Positions 11,346 through 24,822 of a stretch of DNA of 64,000 nt are shown here, in pieces. Below the pieces are notes generated by a model. The model ran no database searches, was not told the origin of the DNA, and was given only the letters and a program-made list of their open reading frames with translations. Position 1 is the stretch's first letter, and each line of letters opens with the position of its first letter. A program made the translations under genes and the position numbers. Origin of the DNA: Mobula hypostoma (taxonomy: Eukaryota); contig NC_086097.1 in the NCBI RefSeq assembly GCF_963921235.1, positions 208,508,001 to 208,572,000 of the forward strand. Reading direction: 5' to 3'.

Positions 11346-13464
11346 TAATTTAAATCTTTAGTGGGACAATGTTCCCCAAGGAACTTCACAGTAGTGTTAC
11401 CAACTCGGTATTTAATTCCAAGCCACCTGACAAAATATCAGAGCAGATCATCAAAATACTGGCAAATGTAGCACGATTTAAGGTGCTTGTGAGCTTCTCA
11501 CCAAATTAAAGCAAACACAGGGTCTTGTTATCAATGATGGAGATGCCAGGGTTAGAATTAGAGAAATGTAGGAATCTCAAAACAGGATGATCTCTGAGAT
11601 GGAGATGTGCAAGAGCATGAATGGCATTAAAAACAATGTGAATTTAAAAATTTAGGTTTAGTTAATGAGAAGCTGGATTCAGCAGACAGCTTGGGAGTGA
11701 AGAGTGAACCTCATTGGTACCAAAGTTTTTCTATCAATGTCAACTATTCTACATTTTCCACACTATATTCCTTCAGGCACATTCTTTATATTTTCCTGAA
11801 ACTTCTCTGCATCCTCTGAGCCCATACTGCTTGTTAACTTTGTATGATAACATGCTAGTGTATATTGTACATAATTGCCTCACCCAAATCACTGTTATAG
11901 AGGATGACATTTGGTTGCCCAGCACTATGGCATTCCACTTGTCACAGCCACCCCACCTGAAGTACCTGACCAATTTATGACCTTTATGAATTAAGTTATC
12001 ATTGATTCAGTCACTGAAGTATATGAGGGAATGGGCTTTATACTTAAATACATAACGGAAGTCCTTTAACAAGGTGTTTCCAGGCAATAAAACTCCTTGA
12101 TTTCATAGAAAATGTAAGCCACTTCTAGGAACTGCCTGTTAATGAAGACAGTGATAATGCCAACATAGTCGTTAATTACCCATGACAAAGATTTTTGAGG
12201 AGGAACTCAACCTGGCTGGTAATGTGGGCAGCAGTGACACCTGCTCTCCTGAGTTGTGGAATTCTATAGCGACTTTTGCAAAGTTCTGAGGAATATCACT
12301 GCCTCGCTTTCTCTAAAACCCTCCAAATCAAGAAGCAGAATAAGTAAACCAATATCAGCATCATTTTCCAGGTTCATATCTTAATGGTTGAAGCTTAAAT
12401 AGTACTCTGTTACCTCTGATGGCACACCAAATTACTAACAAGCCTAACACCAAATTCCTGAAGGAGACACTTCTCATTAGACAGTTCAGATCTGGAGTAT
12501 TTTTAACCCTGTGATACTGCCTTAAAATAGTAATGTTGTGCAGGTTTCAATTATAAGTCATCGCCTTTCAATCTATATGTTAATAATCTTTACTTAGATG
12601 TAGAGACTATCATCACTAAGTGTTATTGATACCGATGCTAGTTGTGTAACTGTAAGGAACGAAAGTAGAGATTGGCATGAAAGTGACAAACAGTTTAATC
12701 CAGCTAACACTGGATTGAAAGCAAGACAAAAGTTTGCACTGCACAGTATGGCACTTAGGAATGTTGAGGTAAAGTTCTTGAAGTGCATGTCTCAGATGCT
12801 TAAAGTTGTTGACCAAGAGAGTTAAGATATGTGGAACACTTGCCTTTTGTCAGTGAGATCATAAAATATAAAAGCAAGGAATTCAACCTGGAACAGTTAA
12901 GCCACAGAGTACAATGTATAGTTCCGCTCTCCATCTATGGGAAGAGTGCAAAACTATACCAGAGGAAGTGTAGGAAGTACAAAGAAGAATGTTGCCAGGA
13001 GGGAAATTTATCAAATGAGTAGGTTGGATTGTTTCCTTGGAAGAAAAGGAGATAGAAGAAAAACTAATTAAGGTATTAAAAATGAGTAACCTGGACAGTA
13101 TATGGGAAGGGTGTAATTCCCTTGTCAAGTTCTTAACGAGAGGAATTTGTTTTTAAGTCAGAGGGTAGAAGGATTAGTGGAAAACAGGACGTTTTTCACA
13201 AGTAGAGTACATGGTACTTTCCCTGGTGGTCAGGGTGTGTTCCAGAATGAGCTTTAAAGGAATCAACAGTTAAAAGAGTCTTTCTAACATTATACATATG
13301 CAGTTGCATTGTTGACAGCAGTGCGCTAATACAAACCTCCGCTGCTTATTGCAGGAGTCAGGGAGGTGGGAAGAGATGTAAAGTCTTGCTTACCTTGCTG
13401 CTGTGCAGTGAGCCTGGCTATTAGGAACATAAAGGGAACCCATACAGTCGGTTAGTGCTCTTGC

Positions 13465-16400
13465 ATGGTCCACAGTTTAGTGTGTTGGGGTGAATGACTG
13501 CTCAGCACTCAGACGGTCCACAGTTTAGTGTGTTGGGGTGAATGACTGCTCAGCACTCAGATGGTCCACAGTTTAATGTGTTGGGGTGAGTGACTGCTCA
13601 GCACTCAGATGGTCCACAGTTTAATGTGATGGGGTGAGTGACTGCTCTGCACTCAAATGGTCCACAGTTTAGTGTGTTGGGGTGAGTGACTGCTCTGCAC
13701 TCAAATGGTCCACAGTTTAGTGTGATGGGGTGAGTGACTGCTCAGCACTCAGATGGTCCACAGTTTAATGTGATGGGGTGAGTGACTGCTCAGCACTCAG
13801 ATGGTCCACAGTTTAGTGTGTTGGGGTGAGTGACTGCTCAGCACTCAAATGGTCCACAGTTTAGTGTGTTGGGGTGAGTGACTGCTCTGCACTCAAATGG
13901 TCCACAGTTTAGTGTGATGGGGTGAGTGACTGCTCAGCACTCAGATGGTCCACAGTTTAATGTGATGGGGTGAGTGACTGCTCAGCACTCAGATGGTCCA
14001 CAGTTTAGTGTGTTGGGGTGAGTGACTGCTCAGCACTCAGATGGTCCACAGTTTAATGTGATGGGGTGAGTGACTGCTCTGCACTCAAATGGTCCACAGT
14101 TTAGTGTGTTGGGGTGAGTGACTGCTCAGCACTCAGATGGTCCACAGTTTAGTGTGTTGGGGTGAGTGACTGCTCTGCACTCAAATGGTCCACAGTTTAG
14201 TGTGTTGGGGTGAGTGACTGCTCAGCACTCAGATGGTCCACAGTTTAGTGTGTTGGGGTGAGTGACTGCTCAGCACTCAGATGGTCCACAGTTTAGTGTG
14301 TTGGGGTGAGTGACTGCTCAGCACTCAGATGGTCCACAGTTTAGTGTGTTGGGGTGAGTGACTGCTCAGCACTCAGATGGTCCACAGTTTAATGTGTTGG
14401 GGTGAGTGACTGCTCAGCACTCAGATGGTCCACAGTTTAGTGTGTTGGGGTGAGTGACTGCTCAGCACTCAGATGGTCCACAGTTTAGTGTGTTGGGGTG
14501 AATGACTGCTCAGCACTCAGATGGTCCACAGTTTAGTGTGATGGGGTGAGTGACTGCTCAGCACTCAGATGGTCCAAAGTTTAGTGTGTTGGGGTGAGTG
14601 ACTGCTCAGCACTCAGATGGTCCACAGTTTAGTGTGTTGGGGTGAGTGACTGCTCAGCACTCAGATGGTCCACAGTTTAGTGTGTTGGGGTGAGTGACTG
14701 CTCTGCACTCAAATGGTCCACAGTTTAGTGTGTTGGGGTGAGTGACTGCTCAGCACTCAGATGGTCCACAGTTTAGTGTGTTGGGGTGAATGACTGCTCA
14801 GCACTCAGATGGTCCACAGTTTAGTGTGATGGGGTGAGTGACTGCTCAGCACTCAGATGGTCCAAAGTTTAGTGTGTTGGGGTGAGTGACTGCTCAGCAC
14901 TCAGATGGTCCACAGTTTAGTGTGTTGGGGTGAGTGACTGCTCAGCACTCAGATGGTCCACAGTTTAGTGTGTTGGGGTGAGTGACTGCTCTGCACTCAA
15001 ATGGTCCACAGTTTAGTGTGTTGGGGTGAGTGACTGCTCAGCACTCAGATGGTCCACAGTTTAGTGTGTTGGGGTGAGTGACTGCTCAGCACTCAGATGG
15101 TCCACAGTTTAGTGTGTTGGGGTGAGTGACTGCTCAGCACTCAGATGGTCCACAGTTTAGTGTGTTGGGGTGAGTGACTGCTCAGCACTCAGATGGTCCA
15201 CAGTTTAGTGTGTTGGGGTGAGTGACTGCTCAGCACTCAGATGGTCCACAGTTTAGTGTGTTGGGGTGAGTGACTGCTCAGCACTCAGATGGTCCACAGT
15301 TTAATGTGTTGGGGTGAGTGACTGCTCAGCACTCAGATGGTCCACAGTTTAGTGTGTTGGGGTGAGTGACTGCTCAGCACTCAGATGGTCCACAGTTTAG
15401 TGTGTTGGGGTGAATGACTGCTCAGCACTCAGATGGTCCACAGTTTAGTGTGATGGGGTGAGTGACTGCTCAGCACTCAGATGGTCCAAAGTTTAGTGTG
15501 TTGGGGTGAGTGACTGCTCAGCACTCAGATAGTCCACAGTTTAATGTGATGGGGTGAGTGACTGCTCAGCACTCAGATGGTCCACAGTTTAGTGTGTTGG
15601 GGTGAGTGACTGCTCAGCACTCAGATGGTCCAGAGTTTAGTGTGTTGGGGTGAGTGACTGCTCAGCACTCAGATGGTCCACAGTTTAGTGTGATGGGGTG
15701 AGAGACTGCTCAGCACTCAGATGGTCCACAGTTTAGTGTGTTGGGGTGAGTGACTGCTCAGCACTCAGATGGTCCACAGTTTAGTGTGTTGGTGTGAATG
15801 ACTGCTCAGCACTCAGATGGTCCACAGCTTAATGTGATGGGGTGAATGACTGCTCAGCACTCAGATGGTCCACAGTTTAATGTGATGGGGTGAGTGACTG
15901 CTCAGCACTCAGATGGTCCACAGTTTAGTGTGATGGGGTGAGTGACTGCTCAGCACTCAGATGGTCCACAGTTTAATGTGATGGGGTGAGTGACTGCTCA
16001 GCACTCAGATGGTCCACAGTTTAATGTGATAGGGTGAGTGACTGCTCAGCACTCAGATGGTCCACAGTTTAGTGTGTTGGGGTGAATGACTGCTCAGCAC
16101 TCAGATGGTCCACAGTTTAGTGTGTTGGGGTGAGTGACTGCTCAGCACTCAGATGGTCCACAGTTTAGTGTGTTGGGGTGAGTGACTGCTCAGCACTCAG
16201 ATGGTCCAAAGTTTAGTGTGTTGGGGTGAGTGACTGCTCAGCACTCAGATGGTCCACAGTTTAGTGTGTTGGGGTGAGTGACTGCTCAGCACTCAGATAG
16301 TCCACAGTTTAATGTGATGGGGTGAGTGACTGCTCAGCACTCAGATGGTCCACAGTTTAGTGTGATGGGGTGAGTGACTGCTCAGCACTCAGATGGTCCA

Positions 16401-19400
16401 CAGTTTAGTGTGTTGGGGTGAGTGACTGCTCAGCACTCAGATGGTCCACAGTTTAGTGTGTTGGGGTGAGTGACTGCTCAGCACTCAGATGGTCCACAGT
16501 TTAGTGTGTTGGGGTGAGTGACTGCTCAGCACTCAGATGGTCCACAGTTTAGTGTGATGGTGTGAGTGACTGCTCAGCACTCAGATGGTCCACAGTTTAG
16601 TGTGTTGGGGTGAGTGACTGCTCAGCACTCAGATGGTCCACAGTTTAGTGTGTTGGGGTGAATGACTGCTCAGCACGCAGATGGTCCACAGTTTAGTGTG
16701 TTGGGGTGAGTGACTGCTCAGCACTCAGATGGTCCACAGTTTAATGTGTTGGGGTGAGTGACTGCTCAGCACTCAGATGGTCCACAGTTTAGTGTGTTGG
16801 TGTGAGCGACTGCTCAGCACTCAGATGGTCCACAGTTTAATGTGATGGGGTGAGTGACTGCTCAGCACTCAGATGGTCCACAGTTTAGTGTGATGGGGTG
16901 AGTGACTGCTCAGCACTCAGATGGTCCACAGTTTAGTGTGTTGGGGTGAGTGACTGCTCAGCACTCAGATGGTCCACAGTTTAGTGTGTTGGGGTGAGTG
17001 ACTGCTCAGCACTCAGATGGTCCACAGTTTAGTGTGATGGGGTGAGTGACTGCTCAGCACTCAGATGGTCCACAGTTTAATGTGATGGGGTGAGTGACTG
17101 CTCAGCACTCAGATGGTCCACAGTTTAGTGTGTTGGGGTGAGTGACTGCTCAGCACTCAGATGGTCCACAGTTTAGTGTGATGGTGTGAGTGACTGCTCA
17201 GCACTCAGATGGTCCACAGTTTAATGTGATGGGGTGAGTGACTGCTCAGCACTCAGATGGTCCACAGTTTAGTGTGTTGGGGTGAATGACTGCTCAGCAC
17301 GCAGATGGTCCACAGTTTAGTGTGTTGGGGTGAGTGACTGCTCAGCACTCAGATGGTCCACAGTTTAATGTGTTGGGGTGAGTGACTGCTCAGCACTCAG
17401 ATGGTCCACAGTTTAGTGTGTTGGTGTGAGCGACTGCTCAGCACTCAGATGGTCCACAGTTTAGTGTGTTGGGGTGAATGACTGCTCAGCACTCAGATGG
17501 TCCACAGTTTAGTGTGATGGGGTGAGTGACTGCTCAGCACTCAGATGGTCCACAGTTTAGTGTGTTGGGGTGAATGACTGCTCAGCACTCAGATGGTCCA
17601 CAGTTTAGTGTGTTGGGGTGAGTGACTGCTCAGCACTCAGATGGTCCACAGTTTAGTGTGATGTGGTGAGTGACTGCTCAGCACTCAGATGGTCCACAGT
17701 TTAGTGTGTTGGGGTGAATGACTGCTCAGCACTCAGATGGTCCACAGATTAGTGTGTTGGGGTGAGTGACTGCTCAGCACTCAGATGGTCCACAGTTTAA
17801 TGTGATGGGGTGAGTGACTGCTTAGCACTCAGATGGTCCACAGTTTAGTGTGTTGGGGTGAATGACTGCTCAGCACTCAGATGGTCCACAGATTAGTGTG
17901 TTGGGGTGAGTGACTGCTCAGCACTCAGATGGTCCACAGTTTAATGTGATGGGGTGAGTGACTGCTTAGCACGCAGATGGTCCACAGTTTAGTGTGTTGG
18001 GGTAAGTGACTGCTCAGCACTCAGATGGTCCACAGTTTAGTGTGTTGGGGTGAGTGACTGCTCAGCACGCAGATGGTCCACAGTTTAGTGTTTTGGGGTG
18101 AGTGACTGCTCAGCACTCAGATGGTCCACAGTTTAGTGTGTTGGGGTGAGTGACTGCTCAGCACTCAGATGGTCCACAGTTTACTGTGTTGGGGTGAGTG
18201 ACTGCTCAGCACTCAGATGGTCCACAGTTTAGTGTGTTGGGGTGAATGACTGCTCAGCACTCAGATGGTCCACAGTTTAGTGTGATGGGGTGAGTGACTG
18301 CTCAGCACTCAGATGGTCCACAGTTTAATGTGATGGGGTGAGTGACTGCTCAGCACTCAGATGGTCCACAGTTTAGTGTGTTGGGGTGAGTGACTGCTCA
18401 GCACTCAGATGGTCCACAGTTTAGTGTGTTGGGGTGAGTGACTGCTCAGCACTCAGATGGTCCACAGTTTAGTGTGTTGGGGTGAGTGACTGCTCAGCAC
18501 TCAGATGGTCCACAGTTCAGTGTGATGGGGTGAGTGACTGCTCAGCACTCAGATGGTCCACAGTTTAGTGTGTTGGGGTGAGTGACTGCTCAGCACTCAG
18601 ATGGTCCACAGTTTAGTGTGTTGGGGTGAGTGACTGCTCAGCACTCAGATGGTCCACAGTTTAGTGTGTTGGGGTGAATGACTGCTCAGCACTCAGATGG
18701 TCCACAGTTTAATGTGTTGGGGTGAGTGACTGCTCAGCACTCAGATGGTCCACAGTTTAGTGTGTTGGGGTGAGTGACTGCTCAGCACTCAGATGGTCCA
18801 CAGTTTAGTGTGTTGGGGTGAGTGACTGCTCAGCACTCAGATGGTCCACAGTTTAGTGTGTTGGGGTGAGTGACTGCTCAGCACTCAGATGGTCCACAGT
18901 TTAATGTGTTGGGGTGAGTGACTGCTCAGCACTCAGATGGTCCACAGTTTAATGTGTTGGGGTGAGTGACTGCTCAGCACTCAGATGGTCCACAGTTTAG
19001 TGTGTTGGGGTGAATGACTGCTCAGCACTCAGATGGTCCACAGTTTAGTGTGATGGGGTGAGTGACTGCTCAGCACTCAGATGGTCCACAGTTTAATGTG
19101 ATGGGGCAATGACTGCTCAGCACTCAGATGGTCCACAGTTTTATGTGATGGGGTGAGTGACTGCTCAGCACTCAGATGGTCCACAGTTTAGTATGATGGG
19201 GTGAGAGACTGCTCAGCACTCAGATGGTCCACAGTTTAGTGTGTTGGGGTGAGTGACTGCTCAGCACTCAGATGGTCCACAGTTTAGTGTGATGGGGTGA
19301 GTGACTGCTCAGCACTCAGATGGTCCACAGTTTAGTGTGTTGGGGTGAGTGAATGCTCAGCACTCAGATGGTCCACAGTTTAGTGTGATGGGGTGAGTGA

Positions 19401-22400
19401 CTGCTCAGCACTCAGATGGTCCACAGTTTAATGTGATGGGGTGAGTGACTGCTCAGCACTCAGATGGTCCACAGTTTAATGTGATGGGGTGAGTGACTGC
19501 TCTGCACTCAGATGGTCCAGAGTTTAGTGTGTTGGGGTGAGTGACTGCTCAGCACTCAGATGGTCCACAGTTTAGTGTGTTGGTGTGAATGACTGCTCAG
19601 CACTCAGATGGTCCACAGCTTAATGTGATGGGGTGAATCACTGCTCAGCACTCAGATGGTCCACAGTTTAATGTGATGGGGTGAGTGACTGCTCAGCACT
19701 CAGATGGTCCACAGTTTAATGTGTTGGTGTGAGTGACTGCTCAGCACTCAGATGGTCCACAGTTTAATGTGATGGGGTGAGTGACTGCTCAGCACTCAGA
19801 TGGTCCACAGTTTAGTGTGTTGGGGTGAGTGACTGCTCAGCACTCAGATGGTCCACAGTTTAGTGTGTTGGGGTGAGTGACTGCTCAGCACTCAGATGGT
19901 CCACAGTTTAGTGTGTTGGGGTGAGTGACTGCTCAGCACTCAGATAGTCCACAGTTTAGTGTGATGGGGTGAGTGACTGCTCAGCACTCAGATGGTCCAA
20001 AGTTTAGTGTGTTGGGGTGAGTGACTGCTCAGCACTCAGATGGTCCACAGTTTAGTGTGTTGGGGTGAGTGACTGCTCAGCACTCAGATAGTCCACAGTT
20101 TAATGTGATGGGGTGAGTGACTGCTCAGCACTCAGATGGTCCACAGTTTAATGTGATGGGGTGAGTGACTGCTCAGCACTCAGATGGTCCACAGTTTAGT
20201 GTGATGGGGTGAGTGACTGCTCAGCACTCAGATCGTCCACACTGCTCAGCACTCAGATGGTCCACAGTTTAGTGTGTGGGGTGAGTGACTGCTCAGCACT
20301 CAGATGGTCCACAGTTTAGTGTGTTGGGGTGAGTGACTGCTCAGCACTCAGATGGTCCACAGTTTAGTGTGATGGGGTGAGTGACTGCTCAGCACTCAGA
20401 TGGTCCACAGTTTAATGTGATGGGGTGAGTGACTGCTCAGCACTCAGCAGTTTAGTGTGTTGGGGTGAGTGACTGCTCAGCACTCAGATGGTCCACAGTT
20501 TAATGTGATGGGGTGAGTGACTGCTCAGTGGGTATTGTTGGGGTGAGTGACTGCTCTGCACTCAGATGGTCCAGAGTTTAGTGTGTTGGGGTGAGTGACT
20601 GCTCAGCACTCAGATGGTCCACAGTTTAGTGTGTTGGTGTGAATGACTGCTCAGCACTCAGATGGTCCACAGTTTAGTGTGATGGGGTGAATCACTGCTC
20701 AGCACTCCGATGGTCCACAGCTTAATGTGATGGGGTGAATCACTGCTCAGCACTCAGATGGTCCACAGTTTAATGTGATGGGGTGAGTGACTGCTCAGCA
20801 CTCAGATGGTCCACAGTTTAATGTGATGGGGTGAGTGACTGCTCAGCACTCAGATGGTCCACAGTTTAATGTGATGGGGTGAGTGACTGCTCAGCACTCA
20901 GATGGTCCACAGTTTAGTGTGTTGGGGTGAGTGACTGCTCAGCACTCAGATGGTCCACAGTTTAGTGTGTTGGGGTGAGTGACTGCTCAGCACTCAGATG
21001 GTCCACAGTTTAGTGTGTTGGGGTGAATGACTGCTCAGCACTCAGATGGTCCACAGTTTAGTGTGATGGGGTGAGTGACTGCTCAGCACTCAGATGGTCC
21101 ACAGTTTAATGTGATGGGGTGAGTGACTGCTCAGCACTCAGATGGTCCACAGTTTAGTGTGTTGGGGTGAGTGACTGCTCAGCACTCAGATGGTCCACAG
21201 TTTAGTGTGATGGGGTGAGTGACTGCTCAGCACTCAGATGGTCCACAGTTTAGTGTGATGGGGTGAGTGACTGCTCAGCACTCAGATGGTCCACAGTTTA
21301 GTGTGTTGGGGTGAGTGACTGCTCAGCACTCAGATGGTCCACAGTTTAGTGTGTTGGGGTGAGTGACTGCTCAGCACTCAGATGGTCCACAGTTTAGTGT
21401 GTTGGGGTGAGTGACTGCTCAGCACTCAGATGGTCCACAGTTTAGTGTGTTGGGGTGAGTGACTGCTCAGCACTCAGATGGTCCACAGTTTAGTGTGTTG
21501 GGGTGAGTGTTGCACTCAGAGTCCACAGTTTAGTGTGAATGACTGCTCAGCACTCAGATGGTTCACAGTTTAGTGTGTTGGGGTGAGTGACTGCTCAGCA
21601 CTCAGATGGTCCACAGTTTAGTGTGTTGGGGTGAGTGACTGCTCAGCACTCAGATGGTCCACAGTTTAGTGTGTTGGGGTGAGTGACTGCTCAGCACTCA
21701 GATGGTCCACAGTTTAGTGTGTTGGGGTGAGTGACTGCTCAGCACTCAGATGGTCCACAGTTTAATGTGATGGGGTGAGTGACTGCTCAGCACTCAGATG
21801 GTCCACAGTTTAGTGTGTTGGGGTGAGTGACTGCTCAGCACTCAGATGGTCCACAGTTTAGTGTGTTGAGATGAATGACTGCTCAGCACTCAGATGGTCC
21901 ACAGTTTAATGTGATGGGGCAATGACTGCTCAGCACTCAGATGGTCCTCAGTTTTATGTGTTGGGGTGAGTGACTGCTCAGCACTCAGATGGTCCACAGT
22001 TTAGTGTGTTGGGGTGAGTGACTGCTCAGCACTCAGATGGTCCACAGTTTAGTGTGATGGGGTGAGTGACTGCTCAGCACTCAGATGGTCCACAGTTTAG
22101 TGTGATGGGGTGAGTGACTGCTCAGCACTCAGATGGTCCACAGTTTAGTGTGTTGGGGTGAGTGACTGCTCAGCACTCAGATGGTCCACAGTTTAGTGTG
22201 TTGGGGTGAGTGACTGCTCAGCACTCAGATGGTCCACAGTTTAGTGTGATGGGGTGAGTGACTGCTCAGCACTCAGATGGTCCACAGTTTATGGGGTGAG
22301 TGACTGCTCAGCACTCAGATGGTCCACAGTTTAGTGTGTTGGGGTGAATGACTGCTCAGCACTCAGATGGTCCACAGTTTAGTGTGTTGGGGTGAGTGAC

Positions 22401-23952
22401 TGCTCAGCACTCAGATGGTCCACAGTTTAATGTGTTGGGGTGAGTGACTGCTCAGCACTCAGATGGTCCACAGTTTAGTGTGTTGGGGTGAGTGACTGCT
22501 CAGCACTCAGATGGTCCACAGTTTAGTGTGTTGGGGTGAGTGACTGCTCAGCACTCAGATGGTCCACAGTTTAGTGTGATGGGGTGAGTGACTGCTCAGC
22601 ACTCAGATGGTCCACAGTTTAGTGTGTTGGGGTGAGTGACTGCTCAGCACTCTGATGGTCCACAGTTTAGTGTGTTGGGGTGAGTGACTGCTCAGCACTC
22701 AGATGGTCCACAGTTTAGTGTGTTGGGGTGAATGACTGCTCAGCACTCAGATGGTCCACAGTTTAATGTGTTGGGGTGAGTGACTGCTCAGCACTCAGAT
22801 GGTCCACAGTTTAGTGTGTTGGGGTGAGTGACTGCTCAGCACTCAGATGGTCCACAGTTTAGTGTGTTGGGGTGAGTGACTGCTCAGCACTCAGATGGTC
22901 CACAGTTTAGTGTGTTGGGGTGAGTGACTGCTCAGCACTCAGATGGTCCACAGTTTAATGTGTTGGGGTGAGTGACTGCTCAGCACTCAGATGGTCCACA
23001 GTTTAGTGTGTTGAGGTGAATGACTGCTCAGCACTCAGATGGTCCACAGTTTAATGTGATGGGGCAATGAGTGCTCAGCACTCAGATGGTCCACAGTTTA
23101 ATGTGTTGGGGTGAGTGACTGCTCAGCACTCAGATGGTCCACAGTTTAGTGTGTTGGGGTGAGTGACTGCTCAGCACTCAGATGGTCCACAGTGTAGTGT
23201 GTTGGGGTGAATGACTGCTCAGCACCCAGATGGTCCACAGTTTAGTGTGATGGGGTGAGTGACTGCTCAGCACTCAGATGGTCCACAGTTTAATGTGATG
23301 GGGTGAGTGACTGCTGAGCACTCAGATGGTCCACAGTTTAGTGTGTTGGTGTGAGTGACTGCTCAGCACTCAGATGGTCCACAGTTTAGTGTGATGGGGT
23401 GAGTGACTGCTCAGCACTCAGATGGTCCACAGTTTAATGTGATGGGGTGAGTGACTGCTCAGCACTCTGATGGTCCACAGTTTAGTATGTTGGGGTGAGT
23501 GACTGCTCAGCACTCAGATGGTCCACAGTTTAGTGTGTTGGGGTGAATGACTGCTCAGCACTCAGATGGTCCACAGTTTAGTGTGATGTGGTGAATGACT
23601 GCTCAGCACTCAGATGGTCCACAGTTTAATGTGATGGGGTGAGTGACTGCTCAGCACTCAGATGGTCCACAGTTTAATGTGTTGGGGTGAGTGACTGCTC
23701 AGCACTCAGATGGTCCACAGTTTAGTGTGTTGGGGTGAGTGACTGCTCAGCACTCAGATGGTCCACAGTTTAGTGTGTTGGGGTGAATGACTGCTCAGCA
23801 CTCAGATGGTCCACAGTTTAGTGTGATGGGGTGAGTGACTGCTCAGCACTCAGATGGTCCACAGTGTAGTGTGTTGGGGTGAGTGACTGCTCAGCACTCA
23901 GATGTTCCACAGTTTAGTGTGATGGGGTGAGTGACTGCTCAGCACTCAGATG
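13465..23952. repeat. 48-bp tandem repeat array (~218 units) in MRPL15 intron 1
   Basis: Consensus ATGGTCCACAGTTTAGTGTGTTGGGGTGAGTGACTGCTCAGCACTCAG; phase recurs every 240 bp (5 x 48); consensus has stops in all six frames. Confidence 0.98.
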
Positions 23953-24192
23953 TGGGTGTCAGTGTTGCAGCCTGGCTGATGTGATGAGGGTTCACTGTTG
24001 TTGAGGACTAGTAGTGGTGGTTCTATACTGACAGATTGCCTGGATCGTTTGATCTCCCTCATTAACTCAGATGTGATGGATGTCGCAGTCTCCCTCGCTC
24101 CTTGTTTATCTGCACAGCTCTCCTCAGCCTAGTGATTTCTCTGTGGTATAAGTTCAACTGTAAATTACCCTTGAGGTGTTTCTGGGTTTGGA

Positions 24193-24822
24193 GTTGTTGT
24201 TGTTGTTCGTCCTTCGTAGTCGAAGGTGACCCTGGGTTCAAAGTCAAATGGGAAATTGGTGGCTGTGGGTCCGGAGGTGACTGATGAGGCCAATCCGGGC
24301 CCCGAAGCCTCGCCCACATGTGGGACACAAGTGGGTGGGTGCTGTCGTGGCAGTGGATGCTGCTCGGGCCTTGCACACAGCACGCTTTCGTTGCGCTTCG
24401 ATGGTGCGCCTGACTTCAGCTGCACGGGCTCCTGTGGTGATCTTGTGGCGCCAAGCTGGACAGTCGAGGGCAAGCGTCTCCCATGTGTTGATGTCAACAC
24501 CCAGGCCTTTGAGGGACGCTTTGAGGCAGTCTTTGAAACGTTTCTTCTGCCCCCTGACTGAGCGCTTGCCCTGACACAGTTCTCCGTACAGCAGCTGCTT
24601 AGGCAATCGGCTGTCTGGCATTCTGACCACATGTCCAGCCCACCTGGCTTGGGCTTTCAGCAGGAGGTTGTAGACGCTGCAGAGCTCAGCTCGTTCCAGG
24701 ATTTCCTTGTCGGGGAGTTTGTCTTGCCACCTGATGTGGAGGAGTCTGTGGAGACAGCTCAGGTGAAAATGCTTGAGCTGTTTGGCGTGTCTGCTGTAGA
24801 CAGTCCAGGTCTCGCTGGCGTA
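24193..24822 (-). mobile_element. RTE-clade LINE 3' end, 5'-truncated
   Basis: YASETWT, RWAGHVVRM, PKQLLYGEL and C-terminal C2H2 finger CPTCGR...LISHLRTH; (CAA)n tail. Confidence 0.88.

Noticed and set aside
13465..23952. CRISPR array or repetitive coding exon
   Set aside because: No unique spacers and no cas genes; vertebrate intron context; the consensus unit has stops in all six frames
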